NCBI GenBank assembly: GCA_963704165.1
Contig: CAVPHD010000003.1
Location: 256,001 to 320,000, forward strand
From: an uncultured delta proteobacterium
GTDB taxonomy: Bacteria; Myxococcota_A; UBA9160; SZUA-336
Direction: 5' to 3'
DNA length: 64,000 nucleotides
Both the position numbers and the translations under genes were made by a program. Positions 54,401-64,000 of this stretch are shown one piece after another (position 1 is the first letter of the stretch; the number at the start of each line of letters is the position of its first letter). Under the pieces are notes generated by a model. That model was not told the origin of the DNA and did no database searches. It saw only the letters and a program-made list of their open reading frames with translations.

Positions 54401-55446
54401 TCGAAGCGAAGTCCCTCGCCGCGCTGCCGTCGCGCGAGCGTTTTCTTCGCGCGGCGCGGGGTGTGCCGGTCGATCGACCGCCCGTCTGGCTGATGCGCCA
54501 GGCCGGCCGCTACCTGCCGGAGTACCGCGAGCTGCGCGTGAAGACGAGCTTTCTCGACATGTGCGACCGGTCCGATCTCGCGACCGAGGTCTCGCTCCAG
54601 CCGTTCCGGCGCTTCGGCATGGACGGCGTCGTGGTCTTCTCGGACATCTTGTTGCCGCTGCGCGGCGCGGGACTCGACCTCGACTTCGCACCGGGACCGA
54701 TCGTCGCGAATCCGGTCGAGAGCGAATCCGATCTCGCGCGGCTCGAGGGCGACATCGCCGCTTCGGTCGCACCGACCTGCGACGCGATTCGCAGTCTGCG
54801 CCGCGAGCTCGGCGACCAGGCCGCGGTGCTCGGCTTCGCCGGTGCTCCCTGGACGTTGGCGGCCTACGCGACCGAGTCGAAGCTCTCGCGCGATCTCGAC
54901 GTGCTCTCGGCGCTCTCCTGGCGCGAGCCCGCGCTTCTCGACCGGCTGCTCGATCGCATGGTGGAGATCTGCGCCGAGACGCTCCGACTCGAGATCGAGG
55001 CCGGCGCGGATTGCGTGCAGATCTTCGATACCTGGGCGGGAATGCTCTCGGCCAAGCGCTTCGAGCGCACCGCGGGCCGCGCACTGCGCGCGGTGATCGA
55101 GCGGCTCGGGCCCGATCGCCCGCCGGTGATCGTCTTCGCGCGTGGCGCGGCCCACCTGCTGGACGAGCTCGCGGGCCTCGGTGCCGACGTCGTCTCGCTC
55201 GACTGGCGCGTCGATCTGGCAGAGGCCGCTTCGGGAATCGGACAGCGCGTCTCGCTGCAGGGGAACCTCGATCCGACCGCGCTCTTCGCGAAGCTTCCCG
55301 ACCTGGCGCGCACGACGACCGAGCTCGTCCGTGCCGGCCGAAAGGCGCGCGGCCACATCGTCAACCTCGGTCACGGCGTGCTGCAGCGAACACCCGTCGA
55401 GGCCGTTGCCACCTTCGTGCGCACGGTGCAGGAGTCCTCGTCGTAA
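54385..55446 (+). CDS. hemE: Uroporphyrinogen decarboxylase
   Basis: PVWLMRQAGRYLPEYR, FSDIL, GFAGAPWTL, QGNLDP, NLGHG. Confidence 0.96.
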   Translation: MPNEVIEAKSLAALPSRERFLRAARGVPVDRPPVWLMRQAGRYLPEYRELRVKTSFLDMCDRSDLATEVSLQPFRRFGMDGVVVFSDILLPLRGAGLDLDFAPGPIVANPVESESDLARLEGDIAASVAPTCDAIRSLRRELGDQAAVLGFAGAPWTLAAYATESKLSRDLDVLSALSWREPALLDRLLDRMVEICAETLRLEIEAGADCVQIFDTWAGMLSAKRFERTAGRALRAVIERLGPDRPPVIVFARGAAHLLDELAGLGADVVSLDWRVDLAEAASGIGQRVSLQGNLDPTALFAKLPDLARTTTELVRAGRKARGHIVNLGHGVLQRTPVEAVATFVRTVQESSS

Positions 55447-56774
55447 TGCAGGCCGAGACGATCGTCGTCGGGGCGGGGATCGCCGGACTCGCATGCGCGA
55501 CCGAGCTCGTCCGGCGCGGCGCGGGCGACGTGCTCGTGCTCGAAGCCTCGACGCGCGCGGGAGGCGCGGCCGACACCGTGACCCGAGGCGCGTACACCGT
55601 CGAACGGGGACCGAACACGGTACGCGGAACGCAGGGGTTGGAAGCGCTCGCAGAGTCGGCCGGGCTCGGCCTCGTCCCGGCGAATCGCGCCGCGCCGTAC
55701 CTGGTCTCGAACTCCGCGCTCGTGGCGATGCCGCCACCGATCGGCGCGCTGCTCTCGGGTTCGGTCCTGCCTTGGCGGGGAATCGTGTCGGCGCTCGCCG
55801 AGCCGTTCCGTCCGGTCCGGGCCGGCCCCAAGACCGTGCACGAACTCGTCGCGGAGCGCTTCGGCGAGACCGTCGCCAGCCGATTCGCCGACGTGCTGAC
55901 GCTCGGAATCTACGGTGAGAGCGCAGACCAGGTCGGCTTCGAGTCCGCGTTTCCGGATCTCGCCGATGCGCTCGAGCGCGCGGGCGGACGCTTCTCGCGC
56001 CTTGCCTTCCAGCGGCTCCGGGCGAGAGGCAGCGGACCGCCACGAATGGGTATCGTCTCGACCGAGCACGGCCTCGGTGGGCTCTGCGAACGTCTCTCGA
56101 CGAACCTCGGCGAGCGACTTCGGATCTCGACGCCCGTGAAGCGCGCGCGCGGCCGCGCGGGCAGCTTCGAGCTCGAAGCCGGTGAGCACGGCGAGACCAA
56201 GCTCACTTGCCGAAACCTCGTGCTCGCGATCTCCGGCACCGCCGCCTCACGCGTGCTCGAGCTGCCTGCGGCGACGAAGCTGCTCGAGGGGTATCGCGCG
56301 GTTCCGCAGACGCTCGTCACGTTCGCGCTCGAGGAGCCCGCCTGCGCGTCGCGCTGGCCCGGCCTGGGGTTCCTCGCACCGTCGCGCGAGCGGCTGCCGC
56401 TGCTCGGGTGCCTGTTCCCGAGCAATCTATTCGCCGGTCGCGCTCCGGCGGGATCACTCCTGCTCTCGGTCTTTGCCGCGCGAGAGCTCCGAACCGCGCC
56501 CGACGCGACGCTCGTCCGCGAGATCGCACCGGTGCTCAAGCGCCTGCTCGGCGCGACGCGCGATCCGCAGCTCCTCGACGTCGCGCGCTACCCCGAGGGC
56601 ATCTCGCTGTACGATCGCGGTCATCGCGAGCGCACAGCACAGCTCCGACGCTGTCTCGCCGAGGCCGACGGTCCGATCCTCTGCGGTGTCGGCTACGACG
56701 GCGTGGCCTTCGGAGCGGCCGCGGAGTCCGGGCTCGAGGCCGCGCGATCGCTCGCCGCGCGTGACTCGCGCTAG
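55446..56774 (+). CDS. hemY: Protoporphyrinogen/coproporphyrinogen oxidase (HemY type)
   Basis: VVGAGIAGL, ERGPN, ERFG, GFLAP, FPSNLF; coupled to hemE (TAATG). Confidence 0.85.
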   Translation: MQAETIVVGAGIAGLACATELVRRGAGDVLVLEASTRAGGAADTVTRGAYTVERGPNTVRGTQGLEALAESAGLGLVPANRAAPYLVSNSALVAMPPPIGALLSGSVLPWRGIVSALAEPFRPVRAGPKTVHELVAERFGETVASRFADVLTLGIYGESADQVGFESAFPDLADALERAGGRFSRLAFQRLRARGSGPPRMGIVSTEHGLGGLCERLSTNLGERLRISTPVKRARGRAGSFELEAGEHGETKLTCRNLVLAISGTAASRVLELPAATKLLEGYRAVPQTLVTFALEEPACASRWPGLGFLAPSRERLPLLGCLFPSNLFAGRAPAGSLLLSVFAARELRTAPDATLVREIAPVLKRLLGATRDPQLLDVARYPEGISLYDRGHRERTAQLRRCLAEADGPILCGVGYDGVAFGAAAESGLEAARSLAARDSR

Positions 56775-56785
56775 CGAGTCGCGCG

Positions 56786-57223
56786 CTACCAGCGAATCCG
56801 CACGCGGCGCTTGCCCCAGGCCTTCGCCTTGCGAACGTCGTTGCCCAGATACAGGTCGATGCGCCGGGTCCAGCGCTTCGCCGTGCGGTCGCCGACCTGC
56901 CACTCGCCGTCGAGCCCGTCGATCCGGAGCTTCACGCCCTTCGTCAGTCCGAGCTTCTCGAGATCCCGCGAGACCGCGACGATGCGCATCCCGGGCCGCA
57001 GCCGGATACCGAACGCGGTGAGCGTCGGATCGCCATCGGTCTGGTTCCGGATCGAGTTGTACGCGGTCGCGGTGACGTCGAGCCAGCGCGTATACGCAGC
57101 CGCGGGACTCGCCTCCGGCGTTCCGCGAATCCACGCGCAACCCGAAAGCGCGAACGCCGCCAGGCCGAGCGCGAGCGCGCGGACGGGCGCACTCACGGCG
57201 GGTCGTGACCTCGCGTCCGTCAT
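56786..57223 (-). CDS. 3D-domain lipoprotein (lytic transglycosylase-like)
   Basis: Lipobox LSGC, VTATAYNS, QTDGDP, VAVSRD, IDLY, AWG. Confidence 0.85.
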   Translation of the reverse strand: MTDARSRPAVSAPVRALALGLAAFALSGCAWIRGTPEASPAAAYTRWLDVTATAYNSIRNQTDGDPTLTAFGIRLRPGMRIVAVSRDLEKLGLTKGVKLRIDGLDGEWQVGDRTAKRWTRRIDLYLGNDVRKAKAWGKRRVRIRW

Positions 57224-57233
57224 GAAGGCTCGC

Positions 57234-60200
57234 CTACGGGGTGGAGAGGATCGAGTCGTCGGCTGCGGGCTTCTCGCGCCGAGTCCGCTTGCGCACGCGC
57301 GCGGGGAGCTTCCGCAGGTCCTCGAGGATCAGATAGCCGCTCGGCACGACGAAGAGCGTGATCGCGGCGGCGACGAGCACGCCGAACGCGAGTGAGATCG
57401 CCATCGGGATCAGGAACTGCGCCTGCATGCTGCGCGCGGACATCAGCGGCGCCAGGCCGAGGAACGTGGTCGCGGAGGTCAGGAAGATCGGACGGAAGCG
57501 CGCGATCGCCGCTTCGCGCACCGCCTGCTCGAGGTCGCCGCCTGCTTCGCGGCGCTGGTTCACGTAGTGCACGAGCACCAGGCTCGCGTTCACGACGACG
57601 CCCGACGCCGCGACGAGCCCCATCACCGACATCATCGCCATGTCGCGACCGAGCAGGAGGTGACCGCCGATCGAGCCGACGAACCCGAACGGGATCACGG
57701 ACATGATCAAGAGCGGCTGCATGTAGGAGCGCAACGGGATCGCCAGCAGCGCGTAGATCGCGAAGAGCGCGATCACGAACGAGCGCAGGAGCGAGCCGAA
57801 GACGCGCTGCTGCTCGCGCTGGACGCCCTCGAGCCGGTAGCTCAGGCCGGGATAGTCGGCGAGAACCTCGGCGATCGGCCCGTCCTCGAGCGAGGCGACG
57901 ACCGCCGTCTCCGTCGTGATCTTGCGGTCGACGTCGGCGGTCACGTTGACGACACGCTGCCGGTCGGCGCGGCGGATGGTCGCGAAGCCGCGGCCGAGAT
58001 CCGCATGCGCGACCACGCCGAAGGCCACCTCGGTCCCGTCGGGCGTGCGGATGCGCATGTTCTCGAGATCGCCGAGGGCGCCTTCGCTCCTCGGTCGGAT
58101 AGCGCACCATCACGCGCACGTCGTCGCGTCCGCGCTGGATGCGCTGCGCTTCCTCGCCGTAGAACGCCTGCCGGACCTGGCGCGCGAGATCGAGCTGGGT
58201 GAGTCCGAGCGCCTCCGCCTCCGGATGGATCGTGAGCTTGATCTCCTTCTTGCCGGCGCGGAACGAATCGGAGATGTCGGTGACACCGGGATAGGTCGCC
58301 AGCCGCGGACTTGATGCGGTCCGCGGCCTCGCGCAGCGCGTCGATGTCGTTTCCCTGGAGCTGCACGTTCACGGCTTCGCCCGCGGCGAAGAGCGCGGAA
58401 GCGAAGAGCAGCTCGACCGCGTCGGGCACCGGTCCGGTGAGCTCGCGCCAGCGTGACGCGATCTCGCTCGTGCGCAGCGAGCGGTCGTCGGCCGGCACGA
58501 GTTCGAGCGTCACCTCTCCGAGATGCGAGCCCACGCGCGAACGCGAGCTCGAGCTCCGCCGGGGACCGCCGCCGCCAGCGGACGCGAAGGGTTGCTCGCC
58601 GATCGACGCGTTCGAGTGTAGAACGTGGCTCGATCCCTCGAGCTCGTACCTCCGGTCGAGCTCCGCCGCGAGCGCGAGCGCCGCCGCCTCGATCTGACGC
58701 ACCGCCTCGGCCGTGACGTGCGCCGGACGTTCCCTGCGGCATGGTGAGCTGAGCCGAGACGTAGTCCGACTCGATCGGCGGGAAGAACGAGAAGCGCAGC
58801 CGACCGCTCGCGACGGTCGCGATCGCGAGCAGGAGAAGCGCCACGACGACGGCGATCGTCGTGTACCGCCACTCGAGCGTGGTCGCAGAGCCACGCGGCG
58901 AGTACCGGTCGTTGAGGAACGTCCTGGAAGCGCGCGTCGAAGCGGTTCTGAAAGCGCACCCACCCGTCCATCACGCGCGCCACGTGCACGCCCGAGACGC
59001 GAACCTCCGGCCGCGCGATCGTGGCCGTGACCGAGGTGCGCGGGCAGCACGAGCTGCGACTCGATGACCGAGAAGAGCAGGCACAGGATCACGACCGTGC
59101 GCGATCACCGACATGATCTGACCCATCGTGCCCGGCACGGACAGGAGCGGCGAGAACGCGGCCACGGTCGTGAGCACGCCGAAGATCACCGGCACCGTGA
59201 CCTCGGACGTGCCGCGGATCGCAGCCGCGAGCCAGTCCTCGCCGCGCTGCTGGTAGGTGTAGACGTTCTCGCCGACGACGATCGCGTCGTCGACGAGCAT
59301 GCCGAGCACCATGATGAAGCCGAAGGTCGAGATCGAGTTGATCGAGTAGCCGAGCCCCGGCATCAGGAAGATCGCACCGAGAATCGAGATCGGGTACGCC
59401 CATCGCGACCCAGAGCGCGACGCGCGCGCGCAGGAAGAGCATCAGGATGCCGACGACGAGCACGAGCCCCTGGATGCCGTTCGAGTACAGCGTCGAGAGC
59501 CGGCCGCGCAGACCGACCGACGAGTCGCGCCAGACGCTGATCGAGATGCCCTCGGGCATGCGCGCCTGCGCCGCTTCGCACGTAGCGCTTCACGGCGTCG
59601 GAGATCTCGATCACGTCCTGGTCGCCGATCCGGTACACGCGGACCATCACCGCCGGCTTGCCGTCGAAGCGCGCGCGCTGGTCGGTGTCCTCGAAGCCGT
59701 CGACCACTCGCGCGACGTCGCCGAGCCGCACGCGCGTGCCGTCGGCGCGCGAGAGCACGACGAGCTCTTCGAACTCGCGGCCGACGTACGCCTGCGCCTT
59801 CGTGCGCAGCAGGATCTCGCCGCCCTCGGTCTTGATCGTGCCGCCGGGCAGGTCGAGCGACGACGCGGCGCACGGCCTGCGCGACCTGGTCGAAGCTCAG
59901 CGCCGTGGCGGCGCAGCGCGGCTTCGGGGACTTCGATCGAGATCTCGTACGGCCGCGCGTTCGTGACTTCGACCTGGGTGATGCGCGGGATCCGCGGCGA
60001 GCTCGTCGCGCACGCGCTCGGCGAGCTGCTTCAGGCTGCGCTCGTCGGCGTCGCCGAAGATCGCGACGTCGGCCACCGACCGGCGGACGGTGACCTGCGA
60101 GACGATCGGCTTCTCGGCTTCGTCGGGAAGCGTGTCGAGCGCATCGACCTTGTTCTTCACGTCTGCGACGGCGCGGCGTCACGTCGGCGCCCTGGAGCAG

Positions 60201-60486
60201 CTCCGCGCTGACCACGCAGAGAGCCCTCGTTCGAGGTCGAGAGGATCTTCTCGATCCCCTCCACACCGTCGAGCTCCTCCTCGATGCGCACGCAGACGCC
60301 TTCTTCGACTTCCTCGGGCGCCGCGCCGCGGTACTCGACCGACACCACGACCTGGTCGATCTGGATGTCGGGCATCTCCTTCTGGGGGATCGCCGCGGTG
60401 CTGAGCAGACCGCCGACGATGACGACTCCCATCAGCAGGTTCGCCGCGACGGGATTGCGCGCGAACCACGCGACGATCCCTCTCAC
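57234..60486 (-). CDS. RND efflux permease, broken by roughly ten or more frameshifts
   Basis: MRGIVAWFARNPVAANLL, LGMLVDDAIVVGEN, GVVVNASLVL, RFRPIFLTS, LIPMAISLAFG, distributed over alternating frames. Confidence 0.88.
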
Positions 60487-61679
60487 GATTTCCCTCCCTG
60501 CGCGGCGACATCGACGTCCGGCGCGACACGCACCGGCATGCCCTCGACGACGGTCTCGAGCGGCGAGACACAGACACGCTCACCGGATTCGAGTCCCGCG
60601 CGGATCACGACCTCGTCGCGGAGCGCGCGCAGGACCTCGACGTCGCGAAAGCGCAGACGCCCCTCCGCGTCGATCACGAGGACCTGTCGGTCACCGCGCA
60701 ACGCGGCGCGCGGGAGCACCGCGACTCCGGGCACGGTCTTCCCCTGGATCGAGGCGCGCACGAAGAGCCCGACCGCGAGCGGCGAGCGCTCGGCGTCGTC
60801 GGTGCGGCCATAGGGATCCTCGACGCGCGCCACGGCGTGGACCATGCGGCTGCGCGCGTCGATCTCGCCCTCGGTCCGGACGATGCGTCCCTTCCACTCG
60901 TGCTCCGTTCCGCCGAAGCGCGCGAAGAGCCGGACCTCGGGACCGAGCTCGTCGGGCTGCTCACCCCGCCAGACGAGCGGCAGATCGAGAAACGCGAGGT
61001 CTTCGTCGGGAATCGGCAGACGCACCTCTGCCCAGTCCACCGCGTAGAGCGTCGCGATCGGTCCGCCGCGGCTCACGAACTGCCCGACGTCCACCTTCTC
61101 GTCGCGGACGCGGCCCGCGAATGGAGCGTGCAGGTTCGTGCGCGCGAGATCGCGTTCGGCCTGAACCAGCGCGGCCCGGGTTTCGCGCAGCGCCGCCGAG
61201 GCGACCGCTTGATTTCGCACTGCCTCGTCGAGCTGCGCCGCGCTGGCGAAGTCGCGTGCGGCGAGCGCCCGGCGGCGGGTCAGCTCGGAGGCCGCGCGCG
61301 CCTCTTCGCTCGCGGCGCGCGCGACGGACGCGCGCGCGCGCTCGAGCGCCACTTCGTAATCGCGTGGGTCGATGCGCACGAGCAGGTCGCCGTCGGCGAA
61401 GAACCCACCCGAGACGAGCGCAGGCGAGATCTCCAACACGCGGCCGGACACCTCTGGGATCAGTGCGCTCTCGGTGCGCGGCGCGACGGTGCCGTGCGTG
61501 GTCACCTCGAGCGTCAGGTCCCGCAGCTCGACCGTCGTGACGCGCACGAGCGGCGTGGCGGGTTCCGGCGCCTTCGTCACGACTTCGGGTCGGGTCGCGA
61601 TCAGGAGGATGGCGCCCGACGCTCCGAGCGCGAGGACCGCCAGGGGCGCGACCAGACGGGTGGACAGCTTCATCACCAT
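60483..61679 (-). CDS. RND efflux periplasmic adaptor (MFP)
   Basis: N-terminal TM, PEVSGRV, helical hairpin, APFAGRV, GLFVRA, GLESGE. Confidence 0.92.
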   Translation of the reverse strand: MVMKLSTRLVAPLAVLALGASGAILLIATRPEVVTKAPEPATPLVRVTTVELRDLTLEVTTHGTVAPRTESALIPEVSGRVLEISPALVSGGFFADGDLLVRIDPRDYEVALERARASVARAASEEARAASELTRRRALAARDFASAAQLDEAVRNQAVASAALRETRAALVQAERDLARTNLHAPFAGRVRDEKVDVGQFVSRGGPIATLYAVDWAEVRLPIPDEDLAFLDLPLVWRGEQPDELGPEVRLFARFGGTEHEWKGRIVRTEGEIDARSRMVHAVARVEDPYGRTDDAERSPLAVGLFVRASIQGKTVPGVAVLPRAALRGDRQVLVIDAEGRLRFRDVEVLRALRDEVVIRAGLESGERVCVSPLETVVEGMPVRVAPDVDVAAQGGKS

Positions 61680-62362
61680 CACAGGGTCTCCTCGGGAGCT
61701 GCAGCTCGGCGCGTGCGGATTCTGGAGCGGGCGGGCGCACGCAGGCCCGCTGCGAGAAAGGCGATCATCTCGTCGAGGACCACGCGGTCGGGGATCTCGG
61801 CGACGAGGCCGGTGAATCCCGGCGCGAGCCGATGACGGCCCGCCAGGAAGTGGAGCATCGCCCCGATCACCATCTGAAAGCGGAGCGCCGTCGCCGAGCG
61901 GTCCACGCGGCCGAGGACGCGCGCGATCGCGGCGTGAAAGCGCCTCGCGCATTCGCCGAAGAGGCTCTCGATCAGCTCGGGCATGCGCTCGTGCGGCTCG
62001 GTGTAGAGCAGCGTGGCGACATCGCGGGACTCGAGCTCGGAGCGCATCGCGGCGAAAGCCGGCTCGAGCAAGGCCGCGAGGACCGGCTCGAGCGTGCGCG
62101 GTCTTCCGGCGCGCCAGCTCGCTTCGACGGCGTCGAGTCGAGCCAGCCGCTCCGCGTTCACCGGCGCGACGTGGCGCTCGAGCACCGCGCGAAGCAGCTC
62201 GTCCTTGCCGCCGAAGTGGTAGCCGACCGCGGCCAGGTTCACGCCGGCCTCGCTCGTCAGCGCCCGCAGCGAGGCCCCCCGAAAACCGCGCTCGAGGAAG
62301 AGGCGCTCCGCCGCATCGAGGATCCGATCCGGGGTCGGCGACTTTCGGGACGAGACGGCCAT
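61679..62362 (-). CDS. TetR-family regulator, PsrA-like
   Basis: RILDAAERLF..GF...SLRALTSEAGVNLAAVGYHFGGK; C-terminal FLAAGLRAP. Confidence 0.9.
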   Translation of the reverse strand: MAVSSRKSPTPDRILDAAERLFLERGFRGASLRALTSEAGVNLAAVGYHFGGKDELLRAVLERHVAPVNAERLARLDAVEASWRAGRPRTLEPVLAALLEPAFAAMRSELESRDVATLLYTEPHERMPELIESLFGECARRFHAAIARVLGRVDRSATALRFQMVIGAMLHFLAGRHRLAPGFTGLVAEIPDRVVLDEMIAFLAAGLRAPARSRIRTRRAAAPEETL

Positions 62363-62372
62363 CGGCTCTCCA

Positions 62373-62392
62373 ATTCAAACGTACGTTCGAAT
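62373..62392. promoter_or_regulatory. Palindromic TetR operator
   Basis: ATTCAAACGTACGTTCGAAT is a 20-bp palindrome with one mismatch, 10 nt before the TetR start and overlapping a minus-strand TATGAT -10 box. Confidence 0.75.
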
Positions 62393-62457
62393 CATAGACG
62401 CGCGCGTGGAGAGCTGTCGAGCGCGCCGCTTGCCCGGCAGGCCCCCGGACCTCGAAG

Positions 62458-62799
62458 ATGGGGCCGATGCGCGTACGCGGGATCTGGCTCTCGACCCTGA
62501 TGCTCGTCGCCGGATCGGCCTGCGGCCCCGAATCCGCGCCGGTCGCGTCGGTCACGCTCGAGCCCGGGCTCGCGCGCGTGTACCTCACGACCTGCGCCAG
62601 CTGCCATGCCCGGCCCGGCATTGGCGTTCCGCTGACGGGCCTCGACGCGGACTGGCGCGAGCGCCGCGAGAAGGGAATGGACGTTCTGCTCGCGAACACG
62701 GTGAACGGATCGCTCGGCATGCCGCCACTCGGCACCTGTGGACTCTGCTCCGAGAGCGACTTCCGATCGCTGATCCGATACATGGCCGGCCTGCCGTGA
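62458..62799 (+). CDS. Cytochrome c5-like lipoprotein
   Basis: Lipobox-like AGSAC, CASCH heme motif, MPPLGTCGLC. Confidence 0.88.
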   Translation: MGPMRVRGIWLSTLMLVAGSACGPESAPVASVTLEPGLARVYLTTCASCHARPGIGVPLTGLDADWRERREKGMDVLLANTVNGSLGMPPLGTCGLCSESDFRSLIRYMAGLP

Positions 62800-64000
62800 G
62801 CGAAGCCGGCTGGACGCGCCGGGAGCTGATGCGTGTCGCGCTCGCCGCGGGCGCGGGAAGCCTTCTGCCGGGACTGCGTGCCCGAGCGGACTCGGATCCA
62901 CGGCCGGCGGACTGGGTCCCGGGCGAGCCCCTGCCCTGGCGGAACTGGTCGGGCTACCTCGGCTGTCGACCCGCGCACCGGCTCGGTCCCGTCTCGGAGG
63001 CCGAGGTGGTCGAACGACTCGCGCAAGGGAGCGGCGCGATCCGACCCGCGGGCGCGGGACACTCGTTCAGCGCGCTCGTGCCGAGCGACTTCGCGCTGCT
63101 CTTCCTCGACGATCTCGTCGGCGAGATCTCCGTCGACGCCGCGAACCTGCAGGCCGAGATCCCCGCCGGCCGGCGCCTATCGATGCTCGGCCCCGAGCTC
63201 GGAGCGCTCGGGCAAGCGATGCCGAACCTGCCGGACATCGACTACCAGACGCTCGGCGGCGCGATCGCGACCTCGACGCACGGCACGGGCGCGCTGCTCG
63301 GCTCGCTCTCGTCCTGCGTCGTGGCGCTCTCCCTCGCCACGCCGAGCGGGGAGCTTCTGGAATGCGACGAGACGCGCAACGCGGAGGTCTTTCACGCCGC
63401 GCGCACGTCACTCGGCGCGCTCGGCGTCGTCACGCGCGTACGCCTGCAGAACCGCCCGGCGTTCAAGCTCGTCGAGAAGACGTCGTGGCGCGATCTCGGC
63501 GAGCTGCTGGAAAGTCTCGCGCGCGAGCGGGACGAGAACCGCTGCTTCGAGTTCTACGCCTTCCCGCACTCCGACGTCGCGCTCGCGATCACGACGAACG
63601 AGACCGACGCCGAGCCGTACAGCGTCGGCGAGGACGACCCGGACGGTTTGCAGCTCTTGCAGACGCTCTTCGCTGCGACGCGCTGGCTGCCGGGAATCGG
63701 CGGCCGGATCTACGACGGGCTGCTGCGGAACTCCGGCACCACCGAGCGCGCGGACTGGTCGCATCGCGTGCTCACGCATCCGCGCACGACGCGCTTCAAC
63801 GAGATGGAGTACACGGTGCCCGCCTCGGCCGGGCCGGAGTGCCTGCTCGAGATCCTCGACACGATCCGCGCGCGGGACCTTCCGATCTGCTTTCCGATCG
63901 AGTGCCGCTACGTGCGCGAGGACGACGTCTGGCTGAGCATGTTTCACCAGCAGCCGGGCTTCTCGATCTCGATCCACCAGTTCGCCGACCGGGACTTCCA
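62796..64000 (+). CDS. Tat-exported FAD oxidoreductase, aldonolactone oxidase (ALO) family (3' end outside the window)
   Basis: Not in the ORF track. My translation from GTG 62796: MSEAGWTRRELMRVALAAG (twin-Arg signal), WRNWSG, GAGHSFS, NLPDIDYQTLGGAIATSTHGTG, FNEMEY. Confidence 0.88.
   Translation, partial: MSEAGWTRRELMRVALAAGAGSLLPGLRARADSDPRPADWVPGEPLPWRNWSGYLGCRPAHRLGPVSEAEVVERLAQGSGAIRPAGAGHSFSALVPSDFALLFLDDLVGEISVDAANLQAEIPAGRRLSMLGPELGALGQAMPNLPDIDYQTLGGAIATSTHGTGALLGSLSSCVVALSLATPSGELLECDETRNAEVFHAARTSLGALGVVTRVRLQNRPAFKLVEKTSWRDLGELLESLARERDENRCFEFYAFPHSDVALAITTNETDAEPYSVGEDDPDGLQLLQTLFAATRWLPGIGGRIYDGLLRNSGTTERADWSHRVLTHPRTTRFNEMEYTVPASAGPECLLEILDTIRARDLPICFPIECRYVREDDVWLSMFHQQPGFSISIHQFADRDF

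Noticed and set aside
56762..56779. GACTCGC-GCTA-GCGAGTC hairpin between convergent hemY and the 3D-domain gene
   Set aside because: Short stem with no U-tract, too likely by chance at this GC to call a terminator.

Overview
Very GC-rich (about 70% by eye) bacterial chromosomal segment. The gene content suggests Myxococcota or a related deltaproteobacterial lineage, which is inference only. No mobile elements, CRISPR arrays, rRNA or tRNA were found. (1) 1-18.6 kb is a minus-strand exopolysaccharide locus: histidine kinase, two paralogous sigma54 activators, two near-identical sigma54 promoters, chain-length protein, ExeA-like ATPase, tyrosine kinase, WecA-like transferase, Wzy-like protein, short OPX plus outer-membrane beta-barrel, and UDP-hexosaminuronate genes. 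It ends in an SxtJ-like / carbamoyltransferase / DUF5989 / SGNH cassette. The best candidate novel system is this cassette, read as a Dlt-like trans-membrane O-carbamoylation relay in which a 54-aa single-pass peptide ending LLYTLF mimics the DltX tyrosine carrier motif. (2) 18.7-31.5 kb is housekeeping: frameshifted ligA, rsmI, yraN, rpsP-khpA-rimM-trmD-rplS coupled to a motif-dead membrane-bound SMC/YhaN-like protein, dciA, tsaC, purD, alr and thiSG(E). (3) 31.5-40 kb holds three HtrA proteases, galK and hydrolases. (4) 40-54 kb is a lipid/acyl-CoA catabolic region: split ACAD10/11 (LvaAC)-like pair, ADPS-like oxidoreductase, acyltransferase, B12 radical SAM, LLM oxidoreductase, CoA transferase and SDR. 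(5) 54-64 kb holds mpg-hemE-hemY, a 3D-domain lipoprotein, a PsrA-like TetR-MFP-RND operon with a palindromic operator, and a divergent SphB/SphC-like cytochrome c5 plus Tat flavo-oxidoreductase pair. Clustered single-base indels in three genes look like long-read assembly errors. All family assignments come from motif recognition by eye, not database searches.
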